A stretch of DNA of 64,000 nt. Source: the human T2T-CHM13v2.0 reference genome, Homo sapiens. Positions 50,360 to 62,067 of this stretch are shown piece after piece (positions within the stretch are counted from its first letter, which is position 1; each line of letters opens with the position of its first letter). A program made the translations under genes and the position numbers. The stretch lies in the NCBI RefSeq assembly GCF_009914755.1, contig NC_060938.1; one strand, written 5' to 3'. The notes under the pieces were generated by a model. The model searched no databases, was not told where the DNA came from, and worked only from the letters and a program-made list of their open reading frames with translations.

Positions 50360-52835
50360 CTCACTCCTTAGTTCTTTTAAACATTTATTTATCTACTGTA
50401 CAAAATATTTACATCATCAGCTGCAACTGCCTGGCCCTTTCACCTGGCCTGACGAATCTGCAGCAGGGCTTGGTCTCTGCCAATTTTCCAGAAACATGCT
50501 GACACTCTCCTAGGTATTCACTCATGTCTGGTCTCCTTCAAAGACGCTAAAAGGCCAGAAGGGTAGCTGGCCCCCCAAGTACCTGGGTCACAAGGACATA
50601 AATAAAAGAACTGGCCAAAATAAGAAACACTAATAGAAAATTGCCCAAGAAATAACACTCTCTCATCTCTTTGACATATTGTACCTTTTCCCCACACTGG
50701 CTAGTATGAAAGCAGGATTAGAAAAAAACAAAACAAAACAGTAAAAGAAAAGGCCCAAGAGAGCAAAGATACTTTTGAATAGAGTTCAGACAGAGAATAG
50801 AAAACCACAATAGTGCCAAAGGGTTTTGTTTAACAAAAACTGGTGCCTAAGGACCACCACAGGGATGCAGCTTCCCTGGTTGGGTTGCAATGGTGCCTAA
50901 GATGCTCTGAAAAAGTGCTATGACTAGAGCTTAAAATGACAGGTCTAGCCAAGACAATCAACTCAATCTCCAGGATCAGTCTCTGGAAGGCTGCCGGAGG
51001 GGAGAATTCAGAAAAGCGACTGCCAAAAACAGCAGAACCAGTCCACGTGCCCCCAGCTGGAAACCCCTTTCTGGGCCCAAGGGGCAGCATTATGTTTCCC
51101 AGGGTGGTGATAAACCTTCCGGTACATATCCCATGGGAAAACATTTGGGCAAGCAGCAGCACCTTGTCCTGGTCCCTGAGGAGAGCAGTGACCATGTGGC
51201 ATGGAGGATCCTGGGGTATAGAGACCCTGATGCTGGATCCCGGACCCCAAGGATGAGTGAGGTCAGCACCCATGTGCCAAGAAAGGACAAATGATGACTG
51301 CGAAAGACTGAGGTCAGGCAGGAACTGTAGCAGCTCAGGAGGGCTTGTTCCTCATGATCCCTGCGAACAGGAGGGCTCAGACATGCTTCCAGGAGGCCAA
51401 GGCATTGCCAAAGTCCTGCCTTGTTTCAGGACTCTGTGTACTTGCTGGTTTTGGCAATAAAGATGGCTTGTAATATTCTCAGAGTTGACTGCCCCATTGG
51501 GAATGGTAGCTTGCAGCAAAGCCTTCTTAAAAACACAAATTTGGGAAGTCAATGAGATTTTGAATCTTGAAATTATTTTCAATCAAACAGTAATGAAAAA
51601 GGATGTTGTCATCTTCCAAGATACAGCAGCAGGTACTCTTCAATCATCATTCAACAGTGAACCTAATAAGCTTCCTCCCTCCTTAGTTCTCCTTCCTGAT
51701 AACTGATGGAGCAAAGGGGAGTACAGGGGTTGGCAGGTGTTTACTGTGTAACATATCACCTCCATGTTCATCCCTAGTGTCCTGACGCCAAGGACCTGTG
51801 ATAAGCACGTAAACTCCTAGTCCCTGTTCCTTTGTCTTAGTGCTGCCAGAGAACACCAAGCAGAGAGAGAATCAGGGATTGCTGGCATACTATTCTTACT
51901 GTTCTAATCTTTTGCTACAAAATTTTCTTCAGTAGAATGCTAAAGGATCCCCAGCTTTTAGCAGACTACATAATGGGGAAGTCAGTGGCCCAAGCCGGCC
52001 ATACTTCAGTGCCAATAACAAACTCAGGGAAAAGCATCAGTAGTCTCCAAGCCAGCCATATGCCTAGGCATGCCCCACTCTGGAGGCTACAGCTCAGCTA
52101 TCCTTCATATTCTTCAGTCTATCTGCTTTTCTCACTGGCTACAATTCAAGAAAAAGCTTACAGAGTTCTTCTTTGTGGATTAATAATCATTTCCAGAAAT
52201 GCCCGAAGGGAAAGTGCTTTTTCCAGTTCTGACACCACAAAAAAATATTCTTTTTAGCAGTCCTTAGAGGCAGTCCAGTGCCATGGCCTATGCCTACCAT
52301 TGTGCAGCGGGACTGCTCCTATGGGCCACCTCCTATCTGTCCCCCTCTCTCCTGGCTCCTGATGAGAAGAGGCAATCACCCCACCCATGAGAAGGACTCA
52401 AGTACCAGTCTGGTCAAGTAGTGAGGGCCAAAGAGGGTGTCTCCAAGGAGTATCAGCAGAGGGAGTTTTGGAGCACAGTGTGGATTTAAGGGTCTCCACA
52501 CCAGTTTCCCAACAGGGCTGAGCCCCGTGTGCCATCTCCCTCAGCTACTGAGATCTTCAAAGGACCAAATAAATGATAGCAGCATGGTCCTCTTCTCATG
52601 ACAGAATGAAGAGCTCAGCTTACATACCATGCCAAAGTGGCCTGTGGGAGATATGGGCAGGGAGCAGGTGAGGTAAAGACAAGGCTTGTAGGTGACAAAA
52701 TCCTCCAGACACAGGGGAGCATGCGGCATCTTCTGGCTGATGGTTATGTGTGTTAGGATCAGTGGTTATGATGTCTGTAACTTGCGCCCAGAAGCTCCAG
52801 AGAGCATGGGAGCCAACTGGATGACAGGAGAGTGG
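50360..52835 (-). other. AREL1: AREL1 3' UTR (~2.5 kb; 3' end approximate)
   Basis: Repeat-poor sequence from the stop codon to the first minus-strand AATAAA I could find. Confidence 0.75.
50384..50413 (-). terminator. AREL1 polyadenylation signal AATAAA (50384-50389) with upstream UGUA elements
   Basis: Minus strand reads TGTAAATATTTTGTACAGTAGATAAATAAATG; TGTAAATA (50406-50413) is also a Pumilio element. Confidence 0.8.
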
Positions 52836-52938
52836 TCAGAGCATGCCAAAGCCCTCGCAACCCTCGCTGATGGCCAGCTGCAGCATCCTGTGCACCTCTT
52901 CATAGGAGTCATATGTAGGGAGGCACAGCTGGTTAAAA
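52836..52938 (-). CDS. AREL1: AREL1 last coding exon ((C)FNQLCLPTYDSYEEVHRMLQLAISEGCEGFGML-stop)
   Basis: tccag|T TTT AAC...CTC TGA; HECT C-terminus with Phe at -4. The 12 exons sum to 1392 nt = 463 aa + stop. Confidence 0.96.
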
Positions 52939-53014
52939 CTGGAAGGGCAAGGGAGAAGTGATTAACTCATACCACCAAAAACACTGGGCATGCATCAGGC
53001 GGGCAGATACCTAC

Positions 53015-53190
53015 CATGTGTGTGCAGTAGGCAGCGTGCTATGGGTCGGAGCGGCAATAATCTGAAATGAGGGACAGAGGGCGGCAAAGCCTCCAGGTGG
53101 TAGCTGAGAGGAGCCTGTTGTGAACTGAAGTAGCCGAGCCAACTCCTCCTGGGTCAGACTGGAAACCACAGTCCAAAACCACCTCATGAC
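53015..53190 (-). CDS. AREL1: AREL1 penultimate coding exon (VMRWFW...LLQFTTGS...LPTAHT), HECT C-lobe
   Basis: gccag|GTC...ACATG|gtaggt; 176 nt; canonical HECT LQFxTG and LPxAHTC motifs. Confidence 0.96.
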
Positions 53191-53545
53191 CTGGCAGGGA
53201 GAGCACAAGGCTGGGATCACACACAGTAAACAAGCTAGGATTAGATCCCTGGGGAAGGAACAAGATACACTAAAGTGGGGCTGTGCCCCAGTTACCGTTC
53301 TATGAGGACACAGGGTAGGAACAGTTTGACAAGCACTTCAAGAATTTACACTGTCATATGATTAGGAGGGTAGTCACTGACTGTTGGTTCTCTTTCTTCG
53401 CCATCTCCAATTTACTACTCCTGTGGCAGTCAGCATGACAGCCCTTAGGGATCAGGGCTCCCTTCTGCCTGGACAACCACCTATCTTTCCCCATGCATCA
53501 TTTTTTTTTCCCAGAAAACATATCAACTGCTTTGACTCCCCTACT

Positions 53546-53873
53546 TTTTTCTTCTTTTCCTTTCTTTTTTTTTTTTTTTTTTTTTTGAGAAAGAGTCTCG
53601 CTCTGTCACCCAGGCTGCAGTGCAGTGGCGTGATCTCAGCTCACTCCACCTCCTGGGTTCAAGCGATTCTCCTGCCTCAGCCTCTCGAGTAGCTGGGACT
53701 ACAGGCATGTGCCACCACACCCAGCTAATTTTTTTTTTTTTTTTTTTGTATTGTTAGTAGAGTCGGGCTTTCACCATGTGGCCAGGCTGGTCTCAAAACT
53801 CCTGACTTTGTGATCCGCCTGCCTCAGCCTCCCAAAGTGCTGGGATTACAGGCATGAGCCACTGCGCCCGGCC
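53546..53873 (-). mobile_element. Alu (AluS) in AREL1 intron
   Basis: Dimer; TSD CTACTTTTTTCTTCT. Confidence 0.92.
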
Positions 53874-53950
53874 TCCTCTACTTTTTTCTTCTGAAACTTT
53901 TTCCTTATAACATGGCACAAATCCAACTGAAAGAAGTTTGGTCCATTTAC

Positions 53951-54040
53951 CTTTTCTCTGAAATGCCATGAGCCACCAACAACTACTGCATGGGCTTTGA
54001 AGTCAGACACACTGATGTCTCCAGTCCCACACATCAGCAG
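53951..54040 (-). CDS. AREL1: AREL1 coding exon (LLMCGTGDISVSDFK...FREK), HECT hinge
   Basis: tccag|CTG...AAG|gtaaat; 90 nt. Confidence 0.95.
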
Positions 54041-54377
54041 CTGGAAAAAGATGGTAAGGTGTTACTATGACAGTCAGAGAGACAAAGACCCAATATAAGG
54101 TCAAAATTACCTAAGTTAACAGGCAAAATGTAGAAGAAAACATTACCAGGAAAAAGACAGAAGGTGAGGTCATAATGCCAGAATACTGCTTTAGGAAAAT
54201 CAATTACATACAACAGGGCAATAGTTGCTAACCAGTGGGTAAAAAAAAGATTCACATGGCTTTTAAAATATATATTTATACAAGTGTTGGTGGCCCTACC
54301 TGGGACCTCTAAATCTGAATCTCTCGGAACAGGTTATGAGCTTATACAGGAAGAAAAAAAATTGCTCAGGTATTTCT

Positions 54378-54508
54378 TTCTTTTCTTTTTTTTTTTTTTT
54401 TTGAGACGGAGTCTCACTGTCTCGGCTCACTGCAACCTCCACCTCTCCACCTTGCATGCTCAAGTGATTCTCCTGCCTCGGCCTCCTGAGTAGCTGGGAT
54501 TACAGGCG
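54378..54508 (-). mobile_element. 5'-truncated Alu (right arm), inside a MER5-like remnant
   Basis: TSD AGGTATTTCT at 54368-54377 and 54509-54518. Confidence 0.85.
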
Positions 54509-55796
54509 AGGTATTTCTGATGAACACCCTAAGAACTGCTACTATGGATTATTTTTAAATGAAACAAAGGACAAAACACACACACACAAACTGTTTCCTG
54601 ACAGTCTGCTCTAAACTTAGCCTGGGAATATCAAGGAGAAAAGGCAAGCTGTTTCCCCAAAATCCCCAGGCCCATTTATGAATTTGTCAATGACCTTTCC
54701 TTTTTCTTAGGATGCATTCTTTTGTGGATTGAACTTTTACTACCTTCCCTTCAGCTTCTGCCTCTACTTGATCAGATACATTTAAAAGTATGCCAAAAAA
54801 TGAGAACATTAATGACATCAGAGCCTTAAACATCTTGTTAATGTCCTAATTTGGTTCAGGATCCAGCATGTTACTTAGCAGACTGCAAGTACTCATCCAA
54901 TAGCTATAAAGAATAATACATTCTAACCAGAGACAAGAAGAGCCCAAACTGAGCCTGAGAAGCCTTGGCTCCTTCAAAAAGAACTTGCTAAGCTGACCAG
55001 GAACTAAGAGCAGGATGTGGAACAACTGTAAGAGACCATGTCCTTCCTTTCTACTTACTTCTACAAATTGTTACAAATGCTTTGCTTCAAAATGTAACAA
55101 AATTTACCAGTAGTTATTCCTCAGCCCAAAAAATAACAGTGCTAGGTAACAGGTTTATCAGAAACTTTAGGCTGAGCTGTGGAGAGTTCATTTTGTTTGG
55201 ATTTCACATCTGAAGATATAAAACATGAAAATTACAGAAGATTTTGATTCTTGTTCTCAAATCTACTTCAGTTAATAGAAATAAGAATTGGGCAAGACCA
55301 CCTAAAATTACTTTTTCCCCCATTTTAAAAGAAAACCTTCCTCCCTAAAGAAACGTTTGCAGAAAGACACTCCTCATAGAAACTACGGGAATTTATAACT
55401 AGTAACTTGCACTGCACCATTTTGTACTGATGTCTCATCTGTGAGCAACAGGCCACAACAAATTGATGTTATTCTTTGCCCACACCTGATACGGACTTCA
55501 GTTCTGCATAGAATGGTATTTACCATCTTAGAGCCATTTTTTAGTTGTTACAGGATCTGAAATAAGAATGAATTTACTATATAAATAAAAATATATACTA
55601 TATACTGTTTTGGTCTAATGCTTTTGAAATATGATCTCATCTTTTGGTTTGTTTCCTTCACTTCATTAGAATGTAGCCCATGAGGGCTGGAACTTTGTCT
55701 TATTCGTTACTCTCTCTGCAGTGCCTCAGGAGGCACTCAATATATACCTGAAAAAATAAATTCTATTACTCCCTTAAATGTCATAGGATTTTATAG

Positions 55797-56138
<342 letters not shown>

Positions 56139-56433
56139 TGATACTTGATGAATAAATGAGTATTAATTATTACTCTTCATAAATAATGAGCTACTTGCTA
56201 CTTTCATTTATTTATCCCTTAAGCTAATATCTCTGCACTCTTTGCTACTAATTTTCACATTCTAATTTTTTAAAGGCTGAAGGGTCAATGAATGGAGGAG
56301 CGACAAAAGTGAAACCACCTCTTGCATAAATGGCTTTCCAGCTGCATCTCATAAGAGAAGGTACACCAAGCTGGTTCCTGTAAGCTACAAAAATGCCAAG
56401 TTAAGAATGGGAGTCTGAATTGCAATCACTTAC

Positions 56434-56492
56434 CTCAAGCTCATTCTCATCAAAAATAGCCAAAAGGTTCTCAGGGACCAATTCATTCAGGC
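56434..56492 (-). CDS. AREL1: AREL1 coding exon (GLNELVPENLLAIFDENELE), HECT
   Basis: ttcag|GC...GAG|gtaagt; 59 nt; follows an 87-nt intron. Confidence 0.94.
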
Positions 56493-56579
56493 CTGAAACA
56501 AAGTAGGCAAGTTAAAGTCATACCCACACCATGGATACAGGTATTTTAACTTCAAGGCCAAGAACAGACAGGATCCCAC

Positions 56580-56709
56580 CTTTTAGGAAATGTTCCACCT
56601 CCTCTTTCACTTGACTGGCCAGCCGATATTGGGCCAGCAAATTTAAATAGAAGATTTTATTCGCATTGGTGACTGGAGTTTGAGCTCCACCTGTCATGAG
56701 TTCTACAAC
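56580..56709 (-). CDS. AREL1: AREL1 coding exon (VVELMTGGAQTPVTNANK...EHFLK), HECT
   Basis: tacag|GTT...AAAG|gtggga; 130 nt. Confidence 0.95.
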
Positions 56710-57994
56710 CTGTAACAGGCAGCAAAAGACAGACAAGGGAGAGGCTGTGGATGGAAATTTATGAGATGACATCTGCCTGGATGTTTTATAGACACAGATT
56801 ACTGACCTCCATCACTGTCAGTCACAAGTTTCTGCTGTGCATTCAGCTTTTCAACACACTTGGTTTAATTTAGTTCCTAAGCTTCAGGGTTCCTACCACT
56901 ATTGCTGTATACTAGCTATTATTTCTGAAATGGGTGCCTGGGTAAGGTCTTCTCTGACTCAGTCAAGTAGTAGTGATGCAATAGGAAGATACTATGGCTC
57001 CTCGCTAGCAATGTTTTAATCTATGATCCAAAATGAAACCACTATTGACCTCTTCTCTAAGCAACTAAGAGTAAAATCAGATAAGCAGTAAGGAAGTCTT
57101 TTTATGTCTCAGAAATTCCAAGATGGGAACAATTGTTCCCACACATTCTTTTATCTCTAATGTGAGTCAACAGAACAAGCCACAGTTTGATACTTGAAGA
57201 TCCTGGATTCTAATCTCAGCCCTGATGCTAGCTTGCTACAGACCTTTGGTTAATTGCCCCTCCAGACCTTAGGGGAAATTATTTGGCCTGAACTTTCCTC
57301 TCTGCAAAGAAAAAGGTGAACAAACTGTATGACTCTCAAACAGAATTGGTATCCCCCAATAAACTCCTAAGGGAACTTTGAAGGAGCCCTGAAGCACAGC
57401 TTAAAACCATCATCCAGGAATATTTGTGTAGAGTGACCAAGGTTGTCTCCACAGGTGAATGAAGTTACAAGATCAGATTTTAAGACAACAGCATGGTAGC
57501 AATAGCATGCTACTCCACAGCAGGGATTCTCAATGGATCTAAAAATGTAAAACATTTTTTCTGTTGGTATGCACAATCCTGGATTTTTTTTTTAATGTAA
57601 GCATTTCTATCTAGGAGACTGAGAAATAAATTATTAAGATTTAGTATTCATATTAAACACAATTAAAATGAGCACTACCCTGGGTCTGAGGACCCTAATT
57701 CAGTGTCCTATTGACTCTAGCTGCCTTACCATGCCAGCTCAGGAAGTTGGGTCTAATCCCATGTGTACAAAGGCAGACAGCTGGGAATCCCATAATTTCC
57801 AGAAAGGATATCTGATTATCAGTATAGTGGTACCAATGGTCACAATTTTTCAATCATTCCTATTCTGCTTTTAACTTTAAATTTACTGCAACTTTAGCGT
57901 CATCATTATCATTTGATGCTGTTTAACACCACAATGTAAATAGAAGCACATGCATCGGAAATATCTCTGGGCCATCATTTTCTAATAAAAAGTT

Positions 57995-58310
57995 TTGGTT
58001 TTATTATTTTGAGATAGGGTTTTGCTGTGTCACCCAGGCTGGAGTGCAGTGGTGCAATCACAGCTTACTGCAGCCTTAACCTCCTGGGCTCAAGCGATGT
58101 TCCAGCTTCAGCGCCCACTTCCTCCCACACTACCCCAGTAGCTAGGACCACAGGCACACGCCACCATACCCAGCTAGATTTTTAAAATCTAAAAGACAGG
58201 GTCTTGCCAAAGTTGCCCAGGCTGGTCTTGAACTCCTGGTCTCAAGCCATCCTCCTGCCTCAGCCTCCCAAAGTGTTGCAATTACAGGCCATGAGCCACT
58301 GCGCCCAGCC
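57995..58310 (-). mobile_element. Alu (AluJ-like)
   Basis: Dimer, TSD AAAAAGTTT. Confidence 0.9.
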
Positions 58311-58545
58311 AAAAAGTTTAAAAATACCCAGGCATTGTGTTAAAATAGGAATCACCTACATCACTACTGCAAATGTTGACACAGACACTGCCATCTCTTC
58401 CAAATCTGCTTGTACAGTGACACTTCACCATCATTCAGTTATTTTTCAACTGGAAGCAGGACTCGGTGGGATAGATGGAGATATGTGTCTTTTGCTTCAC
58501 TCAAATGGGCTGAGATCATAAAGCATAGGATGCAATGTCCTAAAG

Positions 58546-58710
58546 CTGTGCTGTCCAATACAGCAGCTGCTAGCCAAGTGTAGTTATGTAAGTATACATT
58601 AACTAAAATGAGAAGTTCACTTATTATGTCACCCACATTTTGGGTGTTTAATAGACAACACAAATATGGAACATTTCCACCACTGCAGAAAGTTCTCTTA
58701 GACAGTCCTG
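58546..58710. mobile_element. MER3-like hAT DNA transposon
   Basis: ctgtgctgtccaata...gaacatttcca.cactgcagaaagttct...gacag. Confidence 0.7.
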
Positions 58711-58763
58711 CTCTACAGGAAACTGGAGAACATAGGACCCAGAGGCTTTGTCCTCTTTCTCAC

Positions 58764-58889
58764 CTTATCCAATTGACCTGATTTATTATATTTCTCTTCT
58801 GCAAAGACCAGCTCCATCTCACTCATGTCATTGTTGAGGATAAAACAAACTTTAGATTTGTAGAATTCTGGGTCATCTGTTTCAAAGTA
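58764..58889 (-). CDS. AREL1: AREL1 coding exon (YFETDDPEFYKS...GQLDK), HECT
   Basis: ctcag|TAC...AAG|gtgaga; 126 nt. Confidence 0.95.
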
Positions 58890-59061
58890 CTGAGGAGGCA
58901 GAAAGACACAGAACAGAACATGAATACTCTTGCCCTGAAAGGTGTAACTGCTTAGAACCACTTATCCCTTCAACCTTAAAAATTATTTACAAGCCCAGGA
59001 GGAGAGATTTCAGGGTTAATGGCCAGGGGCCTTAGTAGGAAATGCACACCCAAGATGTTAC

Positions 59062-59241
59062 CTTGTAATGCATACGCAGTCCTATGATTTGGGCCAGGAA
59101 AGAGCGGGTGAAGCGAGCTCGGACCAACTGCTTGTAGGCTCCTCCTAGAGAGGACTCATAGAGACACTTGCCCACGAGCCGTCCCGCAAACTCATACATT
59201 TTCAGGCGCAGATGAGCGGGGCGATTAGGGTTGGGATGCAC
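59062..59241 (-). CDS. AREL1: AREL1 coding exon (VHPNPNRP...GLRMHYK), HECT
   Basis: acag|GTG...AAG|gtaaca; 180 nt. Confidence 0.95.
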
Positions 59242-59876
59242 CTGTCCAAGAAAGAGACTGAAAGGCCCTGGGCCATTTTTCTTCAAGCCCAGTTCTGGAA
59301 GGACCCTTCCTTCCCCAACCCCATGCCAAAGGAACAAGATGTCACTGTGAGGATCAGAGCCCATCCAAATGTTAGTTTTTTGGTAGCCACCACTGAGTAA
59401 TTCAAAGTGACTAGAAGATAAAGGGCAAAGGTGGACATAATTAAGAATCTTATATTAAGTTTGTGGTTAATCAGCAGATGATGTGATGCCTTTTCCCTAA
59501 ACCAGAACTTCTTTCAGCCAAAGTGTACTTCTCTACTCCTGACACCTTTGTCTAGACAAAGATCTAGTACAGGAATCATTTGCTTCAGGTATGTTTTGAG
59601 AAAGAGGCTTAATTATTATAATAATTAGTAGAGTAGACATTATACTATAATGTTTTTAGTCAAATATTCAGCTGCCTGCATTTTTGCTTATTTTACAGAT
59701 GAAATAATAAAGGCAAAGAGGAGAAAGACAATCTGATTAGCTTATATTTTAAGCAGTAAAATTAAGAATAGGACACAGGTTGTCAGGTTCCCAGATCAGT
59801 TTCATAATTTTGAATCCTTGTTAGTCTACCCATGATAACATAATCCACATTTTCCACCCACCCGTCACCAACTCAC

Positions 59877-59986
59877 TAATGCTTGGTTGTTGTCACTGAA
59901 CCGGGTGAAGAGCTGATTGGTGGTATCAAATAGTGCTTTGCAGATTAGCTCAAACCATTCCCGGCGAGGCCCTCCCCAGTCCAGAG
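59877..59986 (-). CDS. AREL1: AREL1 coding exon (ALDWGGPRREWFELI...NNQAL), HECT
   Basis: ttcag|CT...TTA|gtgagt; 110 nt; HECT DxGGxxREWF motif. Confidence 0.95.
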
Positions 59987-60522
59987 CTGAAAAGCATAAT
60001 GAAAATAAAAAATGACTCTGCCCTCCCTCCTCTTACCACTTTTGTTTATTGAGTCATCATTTTATACTCTCCACACTCCCTCTATTGTACTACTCTGGTG
60101 TTTCTCCGTTGCGACTCATCTAAACTGTGGTCCTTTAGAAATCCCACCCCTTTTTGTAGGATTAATGGTATTCTGATCACTAAGGAAAAGCCCCCTAGTA
60201 TGGAAACACCAGAGGTCGGAGATCCCAGGAAATGGACATTTCTCTCAAGGTAACCACGGTTCAAACACTTAGAACTCTCTCTCCAAGTCCCTGTATGTCT
60301 GTGTACCACAAGCTCCTCAATGCCATCCTGGCCAGTAAATACTACCCTTTTTTTCTTGACTCATGGTTCCCTTTTCCTTGGGGAAAAAAAAACCTAGGTT
60401 TTTTTTTTTAGGGAGTGAGTAGGAGGTAAGAGTTGCTTTTTTTTTTTTTTTTTTTTTTTTGTGGAGAAGGTGCGAGTGGGGAGGAGAGTTCAAAAAGATG
60501 AATATAAAATTTCAAAACTGAC

Positions 60523-60598
60523 CTTCTTCATCCTGGAAAACAACCTCAAAGTTCTTGCTCCAATCTGAGATGGAGAAATTCCGAGTGGCTTTCAGAGA
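60523..60598 (-). CDS. AREL1: AREL1 coding exon (SLKATRNFSISDWSKNFEVVFQDEE), start of HECT N-lobe
   Basis: ttcag|TCT...GAAG|gtcagt; 76 nt. Confidence 0.93.
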
Positions 60599-61473
60599 CT
60601 GAAAAGAAGTGAAAGGAAGGGAATTGTCAGAACACTGGCTGGTGTCCTCTGGATGTTAAAGACAACACAAGAGCACTGCCATTGTCTGCTGGACTAACTA
60701 CGACTGCCTGAAGGAGATATGTTACTCATAAACAAGCTTTAATGATACCACCTGACATTTAAAATGCACATAACTTCAAATTTAAAGTTTTAAAAAATAA
60801 TCTGATTTGCCTTTACATCATCACTTTGTTGGAAAGCTGAAGTTGTTTTTTTCTTTTCCTTTTGTTTTAAACAATCCTTGTTTTAGCAATGAAAACATTC
60901 TTGCATAAAGAAGTAAAAAATGACTCAAGTCAGTAAGCTGTAGGCAAAAGAACCAAGGAATCCTGGTTTTCAGCAAAGTATGATCTATCCACTAGACATA
61001 TTTATCCACAAGGCTAGGTTCAGACAGCGAGCCATGCCACACGGAGAATATGGCTGAGAAAACGGGTTTCCAGTCACACCTACCAGAGCCAAACATCACA
61101 AACACTTTCTGGACAGGAACCAAGCCTTCTCATTCCTGGGGAATGTAAGAACTATGCCAGTGTCTGTGCAGTGGAGACAGACACACATCAGGTGTTCCTT
61201 TTCCATCAGACCAAAGTGACAACAAAAATCATTTCCTTTTAATTCAACAAGCGCTCTATTCCAGGGATTCAATAACAAGAAGTTTCTTCTGTAATCACTA
61301 TTTACACCTGCCCTACATGGGAGTTCCAAGGGACCCATTCAGTAGATTTGAAGGCCAGTAAGTAAACTGCTCTTCCCTCGATAACATACCTCCAACAAAA
61401 CTGCCCCAAATTTAGTAGAATCAAATAGAAGAACAGACATATGTAAAGAGAGAAATTTAGGTTTCAGAAATTT

Positions 61474-61528
61474 AGTATATCTGTCTTTTATAAGTATATC
61501 TGTCTTTTATAAGTATATCTATATCTTT
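61474..61528. repeat. 19-bp tandem repeat, 2 exact copies plus a degenerate third
   Basis: AGTATATCTGTCTTTTATA x2 then AGTATATCTATATCTTT. Confidence 0.85.
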
Positions 61529-61569
61529 ACTTAAACAGAGAAATTTAAGTTTCATGAAAAAGATAACCA

Positions 61570-61873
61570 GATCAGGCATGGTAGCTCATGCCTGTAATCC
61601 CAACACTTTGGGAGGCTGAGGCGGGTGTATCACTTGAGTCCAGGAGTTCGAGACCAGCCGGAGCAATATGGCAAAATCCCATCTTTACAAAAAATACAAA
61701 AATTAGCCAGGCATGGTGACACATACCTATAGTCCCAGCTATTTGGGAGGCTGAGTTGGGAGGATCACAGCCCGGGAAGATCGAGGCTGCAGTGAGCCAT
61801 GATCGCACCTCTGCACCCCAGCCTGGGCAATAGAGTGAGACCCTATCTCCCAAACAAAAACAAAAACAAAAAC
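61570..61873 (+). mobile_element. Alu (AluJ-like), antisense to AREL1
   Basis: Dimer with (CAAAAA)n tail. Confidence 0.9.
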
Positions 61874-61945
61874 AGTAACCTGCAGAATATAGACATTCAA
61901 TTGGAAAACTTTGGTATCTGCTGACAGAGATGAAATTTTACCTAC

Positions 61946-62067
61946 CGATTCCAACAAGGCATGTCTGCTGACCTTCAGGGTGACTTTGGAATGTGGTCTT
62001 TTCATATGTACCTGCCGAAGCTCTCGCTGGAAAAAGTTCACCTTGTCCTGAAAGGTCTCAGAGCCTC
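61946..62067 (-). CDS. AREL1: AREL1 coding exon (GSETFQDKVNFFQRELR...HALLES)
   Basis: ccag|GA...TCG|gtaggt; 122 nt. Confidence 0.93.

Noticed and set aside
50830-51706. ORFs in the AREL1 3'UTR region
   Set aside because: Short, no recognisable homology; consistent with chance frames.
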